From: Candidatus Thorarchaeota archaeon | Lineage (GTDB): Archaea > Asgardarchaeota > Thorarchaeia > Thorarchaeales > Thorarchaeaceae | Direction of reading: 5' to 3' | Length of the DNA: 64,000 nucleotides | NCBI GenBank assembly: GCA_046482545.1 | Contig: JAWOEX010000028.1 | Coordinates: 192,001 to 256,000 of the forward strand | Program-made: the position numbers and the translations under genes | Notes under the pieces: model-generated | Databases searched by the model: none | What the model was told of the DNA's origin: nothing | The model's input: only the letters and a program-made list of their open reading frames with translations | Shown here: piece after piece, positions 11,076 to 21,820 of the stretch | Position numbering within the stretch: the stretch's first letter is position 1 | Layout of the letters: each line of letters starts with the position of its first letter

Positions 11076-12095
11076 ATGCAGTGGCGGGTGCTGGTACACA
11101 TGTCCCCAATCCAAATATCCCCTGCTCAGGACCTAGATGTGTACCTTAGCATATGGGAGCAAGGAGTTAGGAACCTGTATTGGGCGCAAGAAGATTACTT
11201 GATGGATCTTAACCTCTCAGAAGAGCGAGCCGAGATATCTGCCAATTGGGCCAAAGAAGGGCACGAATTCTTGCTTGCGGAAGATGAGGCTAGAAATCCG
11301 GTAGGTGTCATTGGATATAGATGGAGTAATGATGGCGGTCGAATTAGAAACTGGGAACCTGTTGCAACATCCTCTACAAACAGAGGAGAAGTCAGGAATG
11401 TTCTGCTGGAATCCTCGTTAAACAACATACAGGAATATAGCTGCTCCTACTGTATATATCGCATAAAACATCCATATGACGATCCAGAGCCAGCCAAGCC
11501 CTTTCTAAAACTCTATGAGAATGCGGGGTTCTCACGTGCACAACCTGACGCAATATCATTGCTTCTGGATTTTGGGGAACAGCAGTTTAAGCAGAATCCC
11601 GAAATTGATTTGGAGATACGGTATTGGGATGAGTTCAGCGAGCAAAAGCTCGTTGACTTCTCTTTGCTTGCCTATGCAACCACGGAGAATGACGTGAGAA
11701 TTCACAGTTACGATAAAGCAGTCACCAATCCGAAGGTAATACCCAAAGTCCATGAACATCTTAGAAATGGTGTTATTGGTCCCACGTCTCCAAAGCTCTG
11801 GAAAGTTGGATTAGTTGACGGAGAACCTGCTGGTTTCATAGGTTCCTTCATACTAGAGAGAGCAGAAAGTAGACGAGTCAGCGTCCTCGGTCCTTTGGGG
11901 GTATTTCCAGAATATCGAAGAAAAGGCGTTGCTACACGACTGATTCAGCTTCAGCTTCGTGACTTACAGGATATGGGCTGCCATTATGCATATGTTGGAA
12001 CACCTCATAACAACACTAACGCTATCGCACTATATCAGAAAACGGGCTTTCAAATAGTGGACAGGCAAATATTGCTTCGGAAGAATTTCGAATGA
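11076..12095 (+). CDS. Tandem GNAT acetyltransferase
   Basis: LGVFPEYRRKGVATRL and NTNAIALYQKTGF in the second domain; LYENAGF in the first. Confidence 0.8.
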   Translation: MQWRVLVHMSPIQISPAQDLDVYLSIWEQGVRNLYWAQEDYLMDLNLSEERAEISANWAKEGHEFLLAEDEARNPVGVIGYRWSNDGGRIRNWEPVATSSTNRGEVRNVLLESSLNNIQEYSCSYCIYRIKHPYDDPEPAKPFLKLYENAGFSRAQPDAISLLLDFGEQQFKQNPEIDLEIRYWDEFSEQKLVDFSLLAYATTENDVRIHSYDKAVTNPKVIPKVHEHLRNGVIGPTSPKLWKVGLVDGEPAGFIGSFILERAESRRVSVLGPLGVFPEYRRKGVATRLIQLQLRDLQDMGCHYAYVGTPHNNTNAIALYQKTGFQIVDRQILLRKNFE

Positions 12096-12128
12096 TGTCT
12101 CCCTTCTGAAGCGAAAACCTGCAATATT

Positions 12129-12607
12129 CTATGATTCAAGTATCTCGTTTATTTTCTGAGCTCGTTCAGCATCTCCGTGTCTACCAAGCCTCTCATATGA
12201 CTCCAGCTGGTCAACTAGCGTAGACACAGGTATCCGGCCTTGTCCAATATCTATCATGTGTGGCGATTCGAGTCGATTATTCAGAGAGAACCACTTCTCG
12301 CCTCTTTTCTCTTTGAAATCGCCCATGATTTGGACCTTAATACCATGAATCGTATACTCCCCCATGTATGATTCAAACAATGCGTCCTGCCAAATACAAC
12401 AGATTGAGTTTCATATTTCTTGAGGATTCTGCCGATTTCGAACGCATCTTCTTTGCTGCAGATTATATCAATGTCTTCTGGTTCCACATCAACACCCTGC
12501 AAGGCTAAGCTGGTACTCCCCACAACAAGCCATTTTACTTTATGACCATACAATAATAGGGCAACTTCTTTCAGAGCACGCACAATTTTTCGGTTCATGG
12601 AATTCAA
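12129..12607 (-). pseudogene. Nucleotidyltransferase-domain protein, frameshifted
   Basis: WLVVGSTSLALQGVDVEPEDIDI (pol-beta NTase motif) in 12281..12607; the C-terminal half (LFESY...RIPVSTLVDQLESYERLGR) is in another frame, shift near 12385. Confidence 0.7.
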
Positions 12608-12704
12608 TATTCAGTTCACAATTGCTGTTTTAAATGGTCAACAACTAAGCAATACGGTGTTTTCAACAACTTGATTGGGTTTGATTTCCTGACAGAGAGA
12701 GAAG

Positions 12705-13148
12705 CTAGAGTGATTTGCCAAGAAATACCTTTTTGATATCATTAGGCAAACGATCAAAAACACCAAAGGTCTCGTAGCCTAGGTCTTGATAGAACTGCGG
12801 GGCCTGAAACGAATAGCTAAATGTGATCGCGGAGATACACCCATTGTCTCTAGCAATTCGCTCAGCTTCTTGCACGAGTACTCTGCCATAGCCCCGCCCC
12901 CTATGTTTCTGGTCAACCCACAGATGGCGAATGTATAGACTCCTATACATTGCTTGCCCGAAAAGCCCGCCCACCGCTTGATTTTTTTCATTTCTCAAAG
13001 CCAAGATTATCAGTTCCCCCGGTTCTGACGATAAACCATTGGATTTCTCGAGATTGTACTGGGCCAATTTGGAGAGCAAGCCTTCTCGTTCCTCTTCATT
13101 TACGCCATGACTCACTTGAAGCTCATCATTCTCCTCTTTTTGGGTCAT
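12705..13148 (-). CDS. GNAT acetyltransferase
   Basis: LWVDQKHRGRGYGRVL and SFQAPQFYQDLGY. Confidence 0.9.
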   Translation of the reverse strand: MTQKEENDELQVSHGVNEEEREGLLSKLAQYNLEKSNGLSSEPGELIILALRNEKNQAVGGLFGQAMYRSLYIRHLWVDQKHRGRGYGRVLVQEAERIARDNGCISAITFSYSFQAPQFYQDLGYETFGVFDRLPNDIKKVFLGKSL

Positions 13149-13212
13149 TTGTTTTTCTCCAATTCCTTGGTGAATGAATAGTGAGATAAGTTTTGCATCC
13201 TATTCCGTCAGC

Positions 13213-16200
13213 CTAGCCTTCCCATTCCTCTGGTAATGATTCAATCACCGATTTGATCCGCCTACGAACTGCAACTGCCAGGATCCCGATGATTCCTAAG
13301 CCGCCACCCAGTGGAATCGCGCTTTCAGACATAGGTATGTTGATTGGTGGAGATTCTATCGAGAAGGGAATACTAATCGAAGCATTCTCAATAGCGGGAA
13401 GACCTCCCAAAGTGAGGTTGAGAACATGTTCACCAATCGTAGTTGGCGAAAATGTAACTTCAATGGAGGACATCCGAGAGGCAGACCCGTTAACGGTCTT
13501 CACCAAGTTGCCATCCGGTCCGTACAGCTCGCCCATCACCGTGAAGGCACTGTTTTCACGAGCGCCAGCAATCACGAGCGTGATATTGGCCTTGCATTCT
13601 GCTCCTACATAGGGTTCAGATAAACCACTCAAGGAAGCGCTTAGTTCGGGCAAAAGACTCACTTGACCTTCAACTGAACAAGGATTGTTAAGCTCCGAGC
13701 CACGATAGGAAACGACAACATCGTAGTTTCCGGCATATTCGAGATTGAACTGCGCTTTTGCTGTACCTACCCAGTCAGTCGCAATAGTTTGTTTAGCCAC
13801 CGTTTGGCTCCCGTATAGAATCTCGATGCGAATAGGGGCACCTCCGATTTTGTGATTCTCTCTAGTCAGTCGTACTGACAGTTTGAATTCCTCGTCGTAG
13901 TAGGCAGCCTCTGTGAGATCCACGAACGTGAGAGACGTAGCGTATCGAGAAAGAACCACAATCGAAAGTTCACAGGCTTGACGGAATTCTGTACCTGCAT
14001 ATGAAAAAGTAAGCGTGTAATTCCCAGCTATCCTAGGCGTCCAGTCTATCGTAGGTGGTCCTTCGGCTAAGTCTATGGTAGTGCTTGTTGAAAGGGAATT
14101 GCCGTATATTTCCTCTCCGTCGGGATTGTAAAGACTTACTCTGATAGTTCCGTCATTGATTGTCCCATTCAACGAATCAACCAGCACAATGGTCATACTG
14201 TGTTCTTCTTGAAGATTGCCGGATAACTGCTGGTTGGTCGGAACAATCCTAGTAACCGTAGTCACATCGAACTCGAATACGGTACTGTCTCCCAGTCTCA
14301 GCGATGTCTCTTCAAACATGGTATTGAGCTGATAGGAACCACAATGAAGGGCAAGCAAAGAAAGCCGGATGCTCGCATCTTCCAGTATCGTGCGGTTTTT
14401 CAAATCGACAAGCCCATTGGGACCTTGTAGCTCGTAGTAGAGACCTTCCAGATCAGATATTGCATCTGTTCTCTCGTCGAGTATTTGGATAGTAAGATTA
14501 GCATTGCTAGCCCTATCTGCTGTCATAGGACCGTCAATAGTAATCTTCGTCGTACCCCGCACAAAGACCACTATGGTAGTGCTACTAGGATGGTAGTGGT
14601 CGGTTCCTAGGAATTGGAAGATAATCGTGTGATTGCCTGCTCTCGTGAATGCAATGCTAACATTCTCTGGACGCTGACTATATTGCTCGATTTCATCGCT
14701 GAAAACAAGTCCTTCTTCCTCATGATACACGTTGTATGCAATATCACGCCCTTCGAGTGGTATACCTCCGGAATCAATAAGCAGCAGACTCAGGTTCAAT
14801 GGAGCCAATCCAGCAATGATATCGTTTTGATCAAGCAGCTCAACCTGAATCTCCGTTCCGTATCGAACATCCACTTCAACACTTGATTCCTTCTGAAGGT
14901 AGGCTCCGAGTCCGTCAAATCGTACAGACACCTGCCATAGCCCTTCTTCTTCCAAGATGCTGCTATGTTCAACATAGCCAGTAGAATTCGTAGTCAGAGT
15001 CACCTCATTCGAGATAGAGGGTGCATTGAGTTCTATGACGAGATTCATGTTAGCCAAAGCATGTCCTTGCTTATCGGTCAGCTTTGCCGAAAGATCCAGT
15101 GTATCACCGACTTCCAAGTCCTGCGAGCAATCAACACTCACAGAGGTACGGGAGTATATCATCAACATGGACTCGTTCTCGAATCCATATACCAGAGCCG
15201 ATCCTGCGAAAGATATGCTGAGGGTATGATATCCATGTTCCTCTGAAGTGAAGCTGAATCCCGCTATTCCTTCCGATACAGTAAGTGATAGTTGACCCAA
15301 CCAGCCCCCTAGATCGACTGTCTCTCCATATGGGTTTACAAGTTCAATTTCCAGATTGATAGCATCAATTGGAGTATCTAGCTCGTTATAGACACTAAGA
15401 GAGACGTTCGTCTGCTCATCTGAGACTGGGTTGGTTACATCTAAAGATACCTTGGCTTCTGTTTTGACAGTTAGCTGTTTCTGCGATTCACCACCGACCA
15501 AATACTGGTTGTCTTCGGGCCGCGCTCGAAGAATGATATTCCCACAGGCATCATCAGCCAAATAGGAAACAATCGCGATACCAGAATCGTTGGTATCGAT
15601 CTGGATTGTCCATAATGGAATCAGGTTCATGTCAAGGGCTTCGAAGACGACAGAAACACCACTTGTCTCTGTTTGGCCAGTGAGGTTGTACATAGCCTCA
15701 ACTGCAGCATACACATCACAGGAAGTTGTGTTGAGATGGAGCAAACCCCCAATTTCAGCCATAACAGAAATTGTACTGATAGTAGTATTCTCTAGGTAGT
15801 AATTGCCGCCTGCATGGACTAGGGTTAGAGTAGCAAGACCTCGTTGACCTGGTGTCCAGTGAACATGCTTGTAATCAGTCCCTGACAGCAAGTTCGCTTC
15901 AAAAACTACCTCGCCGTTCATCTCAATAGTGACAGTCAAACTCCGATTAGGAATGGCATCATCTAGTGCATCTAGGACTAACATACTCAACTGTGTATCT
16001 TGACTCACTAAACATGTCCAATCATGTTCAAGAACAAGAGTTGGAACAACCTGAACTCGCTGCACGAAATTATCTGTATCTGAAGCATTCAGCTGTGATC
16101 CTGTATATGTAGCGATGATTTGAAAGTCACCGACTTCATCAAACTGATAGGCGTAGACAAATTCGCCCTGTTCACCGGCAATAAGATTTGCACTACTAAT

Positions 16201-19200
16201 TTCTCCAATACCACTCTGGATTATGACGAGCTTGATCAGTTCTCCGACCAATGGTTCATCTGCCCAGTCAGAAAGGTCGCCCACGATGCCAAGCGTAGTT
16301 CCTTGACTGATTGGCATGCCGGAATTCTGCAGACTGAGCTGAGATATTCCAAATACCTGTGAATCAAGAGTGTCTGAACATTCTAGGAGATAATCTTGCT
16401 TGTCGGTACTAATTTCAATGGCAACAGTCCCAGGTTCATTGAGGTGCACTTCAAGCGCTATACTGCCTGTTTGAGATGTCGAATCTGTTGCATTCATGAT
16501 TTGCATGCCATTCAGGAAAACCATGACTTCGATTTCGATACCCTCCAGGTTTTGGTTATACGAATCAGACAGATGGACAGCAAACTGGTTGTTTAAGGGG
16601 GCAAGTGGATCCTCTAGCCAGTGAATATCTACTGTAATTTCATCAAACACCTCAACCGCCATGCTGGAGTTCGTGGCTTCATAAACACCTTGTCTAGCTG
16701 ATGAGGTTTCGATGGTGGATACACCTCTGATGTTTGGAGTCCATGTAAAACTGGCACTACCCGCGTTCGTTGTTGCACACCAGTCAATAGTTGTTCCATT
16801 AGGAAGGAGAATAACTGCCGATACTTCTAGACCATCCACCGGCTCAGAAAGATGGTTTTCGGCGTAAATTATCAGGCTGTATTCCTTTCCACAGAGCAGA
16901 CCATCAGGGAGGTCCATTGAAAGGGTAACAGGAATTCTCGCGGTTAAGTCAGCATCGCTAGAAGCATCCCCCCGCGAAATGCTTCCATCGAAACTGGCAT
17001 TGATGAGATAGTCACCCGCCGTACCAGGCCTCCATGTCAAAGAAACCATCGCAGATGAATTCGTCAGCAAATCATCTTGGTATACTATACTAGAAGGCAA
17101 GTAGGTGATTTCGATTGATACCACTTCGTTAACAAGTGGACTCGAATTTGAATCCTCTAGAAGGACAACAATCTGCAAATCATCAGTTACCAACACTGAG
17201 GAATGCGTTGGAGATAAGAAGGTAATATTGCTTGACGAGAAGGAGATGAAGCTTGATTGGGTATTAGATCCTTTCACGAAATCGGCTCCTTCGAAGATCG
17301 CTTTTACAGAATAGTTTCCATTCTCGTAGAGGCCAATTACTAGTGAAACATGACCAGTCGAATTCGTTTCGAGATTCCATTCTGAAACCTCATTTGAGGG
17401 AGAGAGTACCTCTACTGAAACCCAGAAGCCGCTTAGCGAAATACCCTCTTCTGAGATGAGTTGCGCAGTTAGAGTCGCTTCACCATACTGGTCATATTCA
17501 TCCTGAATGTGCCAATCTAACGAGCTCTCTTCATAGACCAGCATCTTCCCTTGGGTTTCGGTTCCCTCTATGCTTCCATTGTTCCGAGTACACAGATTAT
17601 ATGTGTAATTCCCGCGCTCGGTGGTAATCCACTCGAATGAGTTTCCAGATAGAGCAGAAATCATACTATCAGTGTGAACAGTAACATCGTTTGAATCCAG
17701 AATCTCCAAGGTTACGTTTTGGCCCTCAACGGGGGTTCCGTTGCAACTGAATGTCAGAGAGTAGTCTATGGTTACTGGCTCATTTATCCGAGCATCTAGG
17801 ATATCGGAAGATTCTAGATCTGTGGATATTGGTTCAATAACGGAGACCTCTTCTGTTAGAACGAGCTGTTCACAATACTTTCTTTCAAGAGTTACTGCCA
17901 GAGTGTAGTTGCCTTCTGAATAGTCCAAAGTTGATACTTCAAAATCAAACGGCGATACTCGGTTTGCATAGAATGATTCCTCATTGAACGTTGTATTGTG
18001 CAAAGAGACAGTACCATTCGTGTCCCCGGCATCAGATCCTGTTGAAAGCTCCCAACTGACTGTCCCGGATAAGATATAGCCCTGGAGAATCTCAGAAGAG
18101 CCAATATCAAGGAATCCAGCAAGCTCTCCACTCACAGTAACGGTTTCCACGGAGTAAGCTCGTACAGCAGCATAGTCTGTCACAGCTACAGTCACATCTA
18201 GAGGGCCTAATGATGATTTGTCGTTGGGTACCACTATGTAGATTACGTCATTTGAAGACACATTTTCAAAGGTAGTCCAACCATCGAAAGCGTTCACTTT
18301 GACAATGTGCTGTGTGAGATTCGAAGTAATGCTCAGATTGATTGCAAGCGACTCTCCGAGTGATGCAGTTTCGGCAATCGAAGTCACTAGCCTTGTTCCA
18401 GTCACATTGACTAGTCGAAGTCTGAGCCCAAGAGTTGAGACCAGCTCAAGCATGTCAGCTGTAAAGACGGGTTGCCAGAGTTCGCTACTATTGAACCAGC
18501 CTTCATCGAAAGAATCCTCAAGTTTGTCAAAAACAGCTGTCGTGTTGACTGAATCAAGATTAACATCAAAGGAGCTTGATTTGAGCAGAGCTAGGGTTGC
18601 AACATCATTACTCAGTGACCAGAAATCATCATATTGCAAACGAGTTTGGATTTCCGCTTCTATCTCGTCCGCCATGGTCGAGGTTATCAACCCAAGACGC
18701 AGGGCAGCTCTGGTTGATAGTAAATCCACAGCAGATTGTTGATTGCAGTATGGTCTAATTGTCCAGTCTTGGCTTGACCAAGAACCACTGTCGTATTCGG
18801 ATAATACCGCTGATTCTAATGCAGATCTGTACTGGATGAAGTCCAGATGATCAAGCTGGTAAAGCGCTTCAACTGCAGCTACGGAGTGTTGCATACTCGC
18901 CGTGAAAGAAGCAGCATACGAAGTCGGTTTGAAATGACCGCCGATGTACTGTGATAGGGTGACATAGTTGGTTGCTTGAGAGGCGACTTCACTCGGGATT
19001 GCACGACCTGCCGTCATGAATGCTTCAATTCCAAGCAGGTTGGCCCAGACACTTCGTATTCTGTATTGATCATAACCGTATTCGATAGAAGATCCAGCAG
19101 TCAGATTATTCCATGTTGGATACATGGCGAAGGCATCAAAGGTCAACAGGTACTCGGATAGTTTCGAACGGTTTATCGCAGAAATGTGTGAATAGCGTGA

Positions 19201-21006
19201 TGCACGGGTGAGGTAGCTACTCCACATCATGGTCGGCAGTGCTTCCATCACCTCGAATCCAAGAGGTGTTTCTATCTCTTCCAAATAATCGCGAATACCA
19301 CTGCTAATCAGCTCATCCTGCAATCCAAGAGTGTTGACACACAAAGCTACCGGCCAAGTCTCTTCTGTCTTTGCCATGATATCTGAATCCGAAAATCCCA
19401 GCCCGAAACCACCTGAAGGTAGTTGCTGCTCTTCAAGCCATGAAATTCCATTGGTCCGATTCTCTGGACTGAGCATTCCCAACCTATCCATGGTCGTTAG
19501 ACTAAACGCAGTACCTGCTGTAATCTCTGCGTCATTGCCCAAGGAGTTGTTATAGCTACCATCGCCATTCGAAGTTCTTGTCTGAATCCACTGTACAAGC
19601 ATTGCAGGTTCTTGGTATTCCTGTCCAAGAATCTCAAGCGATAGCACACAGGCAGCAGCATAGGAGTTGCGAGGTGTTGTCGCATCAGGACTGACTGCAA
19701 TACCACCCCAGCAGTCGGGATCCGAGGTTTCAGACCCTTTGATCTGGCATTCTCTCAGCCATTCTTCCAATGCTGTAGTATCAATTTGGCTGAGTTCACC
19801 AGAGGAAAGAAGTCCTTGAAGAACATGGTAGGTTGTGATAACGTCGTTGTCAAATCCACCATCGGTTTGTTGCCGCGACGAGAGATATTCCACCAATCCA
19901 GAGACGTTGAATTCTGTTGCCAACTGGAGTTCGGCAACTAGCCATAGCCCATGAGCCGTTGCCAGTTCGCCATGTTCCGTATACCTTGAGTCAGCAAAGG
20001 CATATTCATCGCCTAGATCGGCGTAGGTTTCAGCAAGAATTGAATGTACGAGGGCTACGTTCTGAGCAACCCATTGATTCCACTGAGAAGTGTTGCAGAT
20101 GTCTTTCGCTGAACGAGCTGTCCAGTAGGTTGAACTAACGGTCGCCTCATGGGGATACCAGAAACCTCCACGAAGAAATCCCTCAGTTTCCTGCTGAGCA
20201 GCAATTGCGTCCGCTGTAGAGCTCTCACCCAGAGACGACGCAAAGCAAACGATATTCTCTAAGAGATCTTCTCCTTCAGCGGTAAGTTCATCGATAGTTT
20301 CTGATGCAAAGAGAAACGAATCAAGCGGGTACGAATCATATCTCAGAAAAGGAACTGCAGAACTTGAGGCTGTCAGGTTCACTATCCTTGACTTGCTAGT
20401 TTGGACGCTGTCAAGAGGTGTATCCACAGCAGTGTTGGCCAGTGTTACTCCTGCTTCAATCTCGTTAGGATAAGAAAGGAAGACTGCCTCTGCATAATCT
20501 ACCGCTAGATGAAGAACAGTGTCTGATGCGGCGGTCTTCTTGGGTGTATCTGTTCTGCGTAGATGGTGCAACAACCATGCCGCTCTGCCCATCATAATGA
20601 CTGGAACATCAGAAGCAAGAAGAACACGAAACAACTGATCGCTAGCTGTAGATCCATTGTTAGAGCCTGTACTGGCATCTAAGATGATGACGCTTGCATT
20701 CAGGACAGGAGATGGTTGACTCACAAGTTCGCTGCTTGTCTTCGTCTCCACAGGTATGCCTTGCGTGGACAAGAAAGATGCAATATTCTCACGCGCAGAT
20801 GGTATGCTAGCCTCATCCATTCCAACAACTAACACATTGGCAATACCGCTCCCGATTTTCAGTTCACTAGGCAAATAGCCTTGATGTTGTTCCACAGGAG
20901 ATTCATCAGATGTAGTCTGAGACACAAACCCTATGTCCTGTTGGATAGTAGCAAATGGCAACAAAAGACACAGGCAGCACAATACAAGTAGTCGTCGTGA
21001 ATTCAA
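13213..21006 (-). CDS. Giant (2597 aa) surface protein: signal peptide, prenyltransferase/squalene-cyclase-like alpha/alpha-toroid repeats, many Ig-like domains, C-terminal TM anchor
   Basis: Toroid repeats YLSSRQQTDGGF, WIQTRTSNGDGSY, WLEEQQLPSGGF. Recurring ~95-aa units with GxYx(I/L)xAxFxG-type strands (GNYSVKAIFEG, GDYLINASFDG, GDFQIIATYTG, GNYTLTFSYAG, GNYDVVVSYRG). TM GLGIIGILAVAV followed by RRR. Confidence 0.8.
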   Translation of the reverse strand: MNSRRLLVLCCLCLLLPFATIQQDIGFVSQTTSDESPVEQHQGYLPSELKIGSGIANVLVVGMDEASIPSARENIASFLSTQGIPVETKTSSELVSQPSPVLNASVIILDASTGSNNGSTASDQLFRVLLASDVPVIMMGRAAWLLHHLRRTDTPKKTAASDTVLHLAVDYAEAVFLSYPNEIEAGVTLANTAVDTPLDSVQTSKSRIVNLTASSSAVPFLRYDSYPLDSFLFASETIDELTAEGEDLLENIVCFASSLGESSTADAIAAQQETEGFLRGGFWYPHEATVSSTYWTARSAKDICNTSQWNQWVAQNVALVHSILAETYADLGDEYAFADSRYTEHGELATAHGLWLVAELQLATEFNVSGLVEYLSSRQQTDGGFDNDVITTYHVLQGLLSSGELSQIDTTALEEWLRECQIKGSETSDPDCWGGIAVSPDATTPRNSYAAACVLSLEILGQEYQEPAMLVQWIQTRTSNGDGSYNNSLGNDAEITAGTAFSLTTMDRLGMLSPENRTNGISWLEEQQLPSGGFGLGFSDSDIMAKTEETWPVALCVNTLGLQDELISSGIRDYLEEIETPLGFEVMEALPTMMWSSYLTRASRYSHISAINRSKLSEYLLTFDAFAMYPTWNNLTAGSSIEYGYDQYRIRSVWANLLGIEAFMTAGRAIPSEVASQATNYVTLSQYIGGHFKPTSYAASFTASMQHSVAAVEALYQLDHLDFIQYRSALESAVLSEYDSGSWSSQDWTIRPYCNQQSAVDLLSTRAALRLGLITSTMADEIEAEIQTRLQYDDFWSLSNDVATLALLKSSSFDVNLDSVNTTAVFDKLEDSFDEGWFNSSELWQPVFTADMLELVSTLGLRLRLVNVTGTRLVTSIAETASLGESLAINLSITSNLTQHIVKVNAFDGWTTFENVSSNDVIYIVVPNDKSSLGPLDVTVAVTDYAAVRAYSVETVTVSGELAGFLDIGSSEILQGYILSGTVSWELSTGSDAGDTNGTVSLHNTTFNEESFYANRVSPFDFEVSTLDYSEGNYTLAVTLERKYCEQLVLTEEVSVIEPISTDLESSDILDARINEPVTIDYSLTFSCNGTPVEGQNVTLEILDSNDVTVHTDSMISALSGNSFEWITTERGNYTYNLCTRNNGSIEGTETQGKMLVYEESSLDWHIQDEYDQYGEATLTAQLISEEGISLSGFWVSVEVLSPSNEVSEWNLETNSTGHVSLVIGLYENGNYSVKAIFEGADFVKGSNTQSSFISFSSSNITFLSPTHSSVLVTDDLQIVVLLEDSNSSPLVNEVVSIEITYLPSSIVYQDDLLTNSSAMVSLTWRPGTAGDYLINASFDGSISRGDASSDADLTARIPVTLSMDLPDGLLCGKEYSLIIYAENHLSEPVDGLEVSAVILLPNGTTIDWCATTNAGSASFTWTPNIRGVSTIETSSARQGVYEATNSSMAVEVFDEITVDIHWLEDPLAPLNNQFAVHLSDSYNQNLEGIEIEVMVFLNGMQIMNATDSTSQTGSIALEVHLNEPGTVAIEISTDKQDYLLECSDTLDSQVFGISQLSLQNSGMPISQGTTLGIVGDLSDWADEPLVGELIKLVIIQSGIGEISSANLIAGEQGEFVYAYQFDEVGDFQIIATYTGSQLNASDTDNFVQRVQVVPTLVLEHDWTCLVSQDTQLSMLVLDALDDAIPNRSLTVTIEMNGEVVFEANLLSGTDYKHVHWTPGQRGLATLTLVHAGGNYYLENTTISTISVMAEIGGLLHLNTTSCDVYAAVEAMYNLTGQTETSGVSVVFEALDMNLIPLWTIQIDTNDSGIAIVSYLADDACGNIILRARPEDNQYLVGGESQKQLTVKTEAKVSLDVTNPVSDEQTNVSLSVYNELDTPIDAINLEIELVNPYGETVDLGGWLGQLSLTVSEGIAGFSFTSEEHGYHTLSISFAGSALVYGFENESMLMIYSRTSVSVDCSQDLEVGDTLDLSAKLTDKQGHALANMNLVIELNAPSISNEVTLTTNSTGYVEHSSILEEEGLWQVSVRFDGLGAYLQKESSVEVDVRYGTEIQVELLDQNDIIAGLAPLNLSLLLIDSGGIPLEGRDIAYNVYHEEEGLVFSDEIEQYSQRPENVSIAFTRAGNHTIIFQFLGTDHYHPSSTTIVVFVRGTTKITIDGPMTADRASNANLTIQILDERTDAISDLEGLYYELQGPNGLVDLKNRTILEDASIRLSLLALHCGSYQLNTMFEETSLRLGDSTVFEFDVTTVTRIVPTNQQLSGNLQEEHSMTIVLVDSLNGTINDGTIRVSLYNPDGEEIYGNSLSTSTTIDLAEGPPTIDWTPRIAGNYTLTFSYAGTEFRQACELSIVVLSRYATSLTFVDLTEAAYYDEEFKLSVRLTRENHKIGGAPIRIEILYGSQTVAKQTIATDWVGTAKAQFNLEYAGNYDVVVSYRGSELNNPCSVEGQVSLLPELSASLSGLSEPYVGAECKANITLVIAGARENSAFTVMGELYGPDGNLVKTVNGSASRMSSIEVTFSPTTIGEHVLNLTLGGLPAIENASISIPFSIESPPINIPMSESAIPLGGGLGIIGILAVAVRRRIKSVIESLPEEWEG

Positions 21007-21605
21007 AATGGTACCTCCAAAATCTGTATGTGAACGAAAAGCAGAATGATAATCGCAATGACCAGTTCAAGGGCACCACTCCGCGGCCTCTTCCTCAGTG
21101 ATGCCCCGATAAGTGAAATATCGCCACTCCTGATTGATGCGTTGAAAAGCACACCAAGGGCGACATACAGGCCGATGACAGGCCATATGAGGTCAGCCGC
21201 AAATGCCATAGGGAGTATCATCAGATTCATCGCGCTGAATACAGACAACACTACAATGGCATAGATCGCGGCGATGACAACTCCAACCCGTGGTGGGCGT
21301 TCAACATTCAGGTACAGGTTGACTTCGCCGTACGTTGTTGAAGTACCGACGCTCTCAATTCTGAAGCCGAAGACACTGCAGACCAAGTACCGAATCCCTA
21401 CATATACAAGAGAACCCGGGAGGAAAATGATAGAAAGAATAGATAGTACAGGATTCCTAGTCCATTCCTCAAACTCGCGTTTTCTCCCCGCAAGGAGTAT
21501 AGCACTTCGAATCACTGTCATTGCAATAAGCACGATTGGCGTGAAAGTCAGTGCTAGTATGAGATTTGTAACCACCAATCCGGCTAGATCATTCCAGTTA
21601 AGCAT
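21003..21605 (-). CDS. Multi-pass membrane protein resembling an M50B/DUF3267-type zinc metallopeptidase lacking HExxH
   Basis: IFLPGSLVYVGIRYLVCSVFG matches the lPGxxxHExxHxlxcxxxG pattern with the His/Glu replaced; SGD in the last helix; 4-nt overlap with the giant protein start. Confidence 0.55.
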   Translation of the reverse strand: MLNWNDLAGLVVTNLILALTFTPIVLIAMTVIRSAILLAGRKREFEEWTRNPVLSILSIIFLPGSLVYVGIRYLVCSVFGFRIESVGTSTTYGEVNLYLNVERPPRVGVVIAAIYAIVVLSVFSAMNLMILPMAFAADLIWPVIGLYVALGVLFNASIRSGDISLIGASLRKRPRSGALELVIAIIILLFVHIQILEVPF

Positions 21606-21725
21606 GATTCTACCTCGTTGATATGATTCAACGAGTTATAGTATGACAATCACTAGCCTGAATGTTTGCATTAGTATGAGTAGGAAAGCATAGGCCTTTA
21701 TACGTCTATATATGGCTCCATACGT

Positions 21726-21820
21726 GCTCCACCATATTTAGATTAGCTAAAAATGTTTTTTTGTGTCTTTACAGGTTTATGTGGCCCCAGATTGGAATCG
21801 CTTTGCCGATTTTTCCCGGT
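21726..21820 (-). promoter_or_regulatory. Bipartite conserved promoter-like element, copy 1
   Basis: Plus strand GCTCCACCATATT (21726-21738) + 61 nt + GCTTTGCCGATTTTTCCCGGT (21800-21820); upstream of the 21605 gene. Confidence 0.75.

Noticed and set aside
13213-21006. Giant protein as an alpha-2-macroglobulin or a true squalene-hopene cyclase
   Set aside because: No CGEQ thioester or DxDD motif was seen, and the secreted, Ig-stalked, TM-anchored architecture differs from both.
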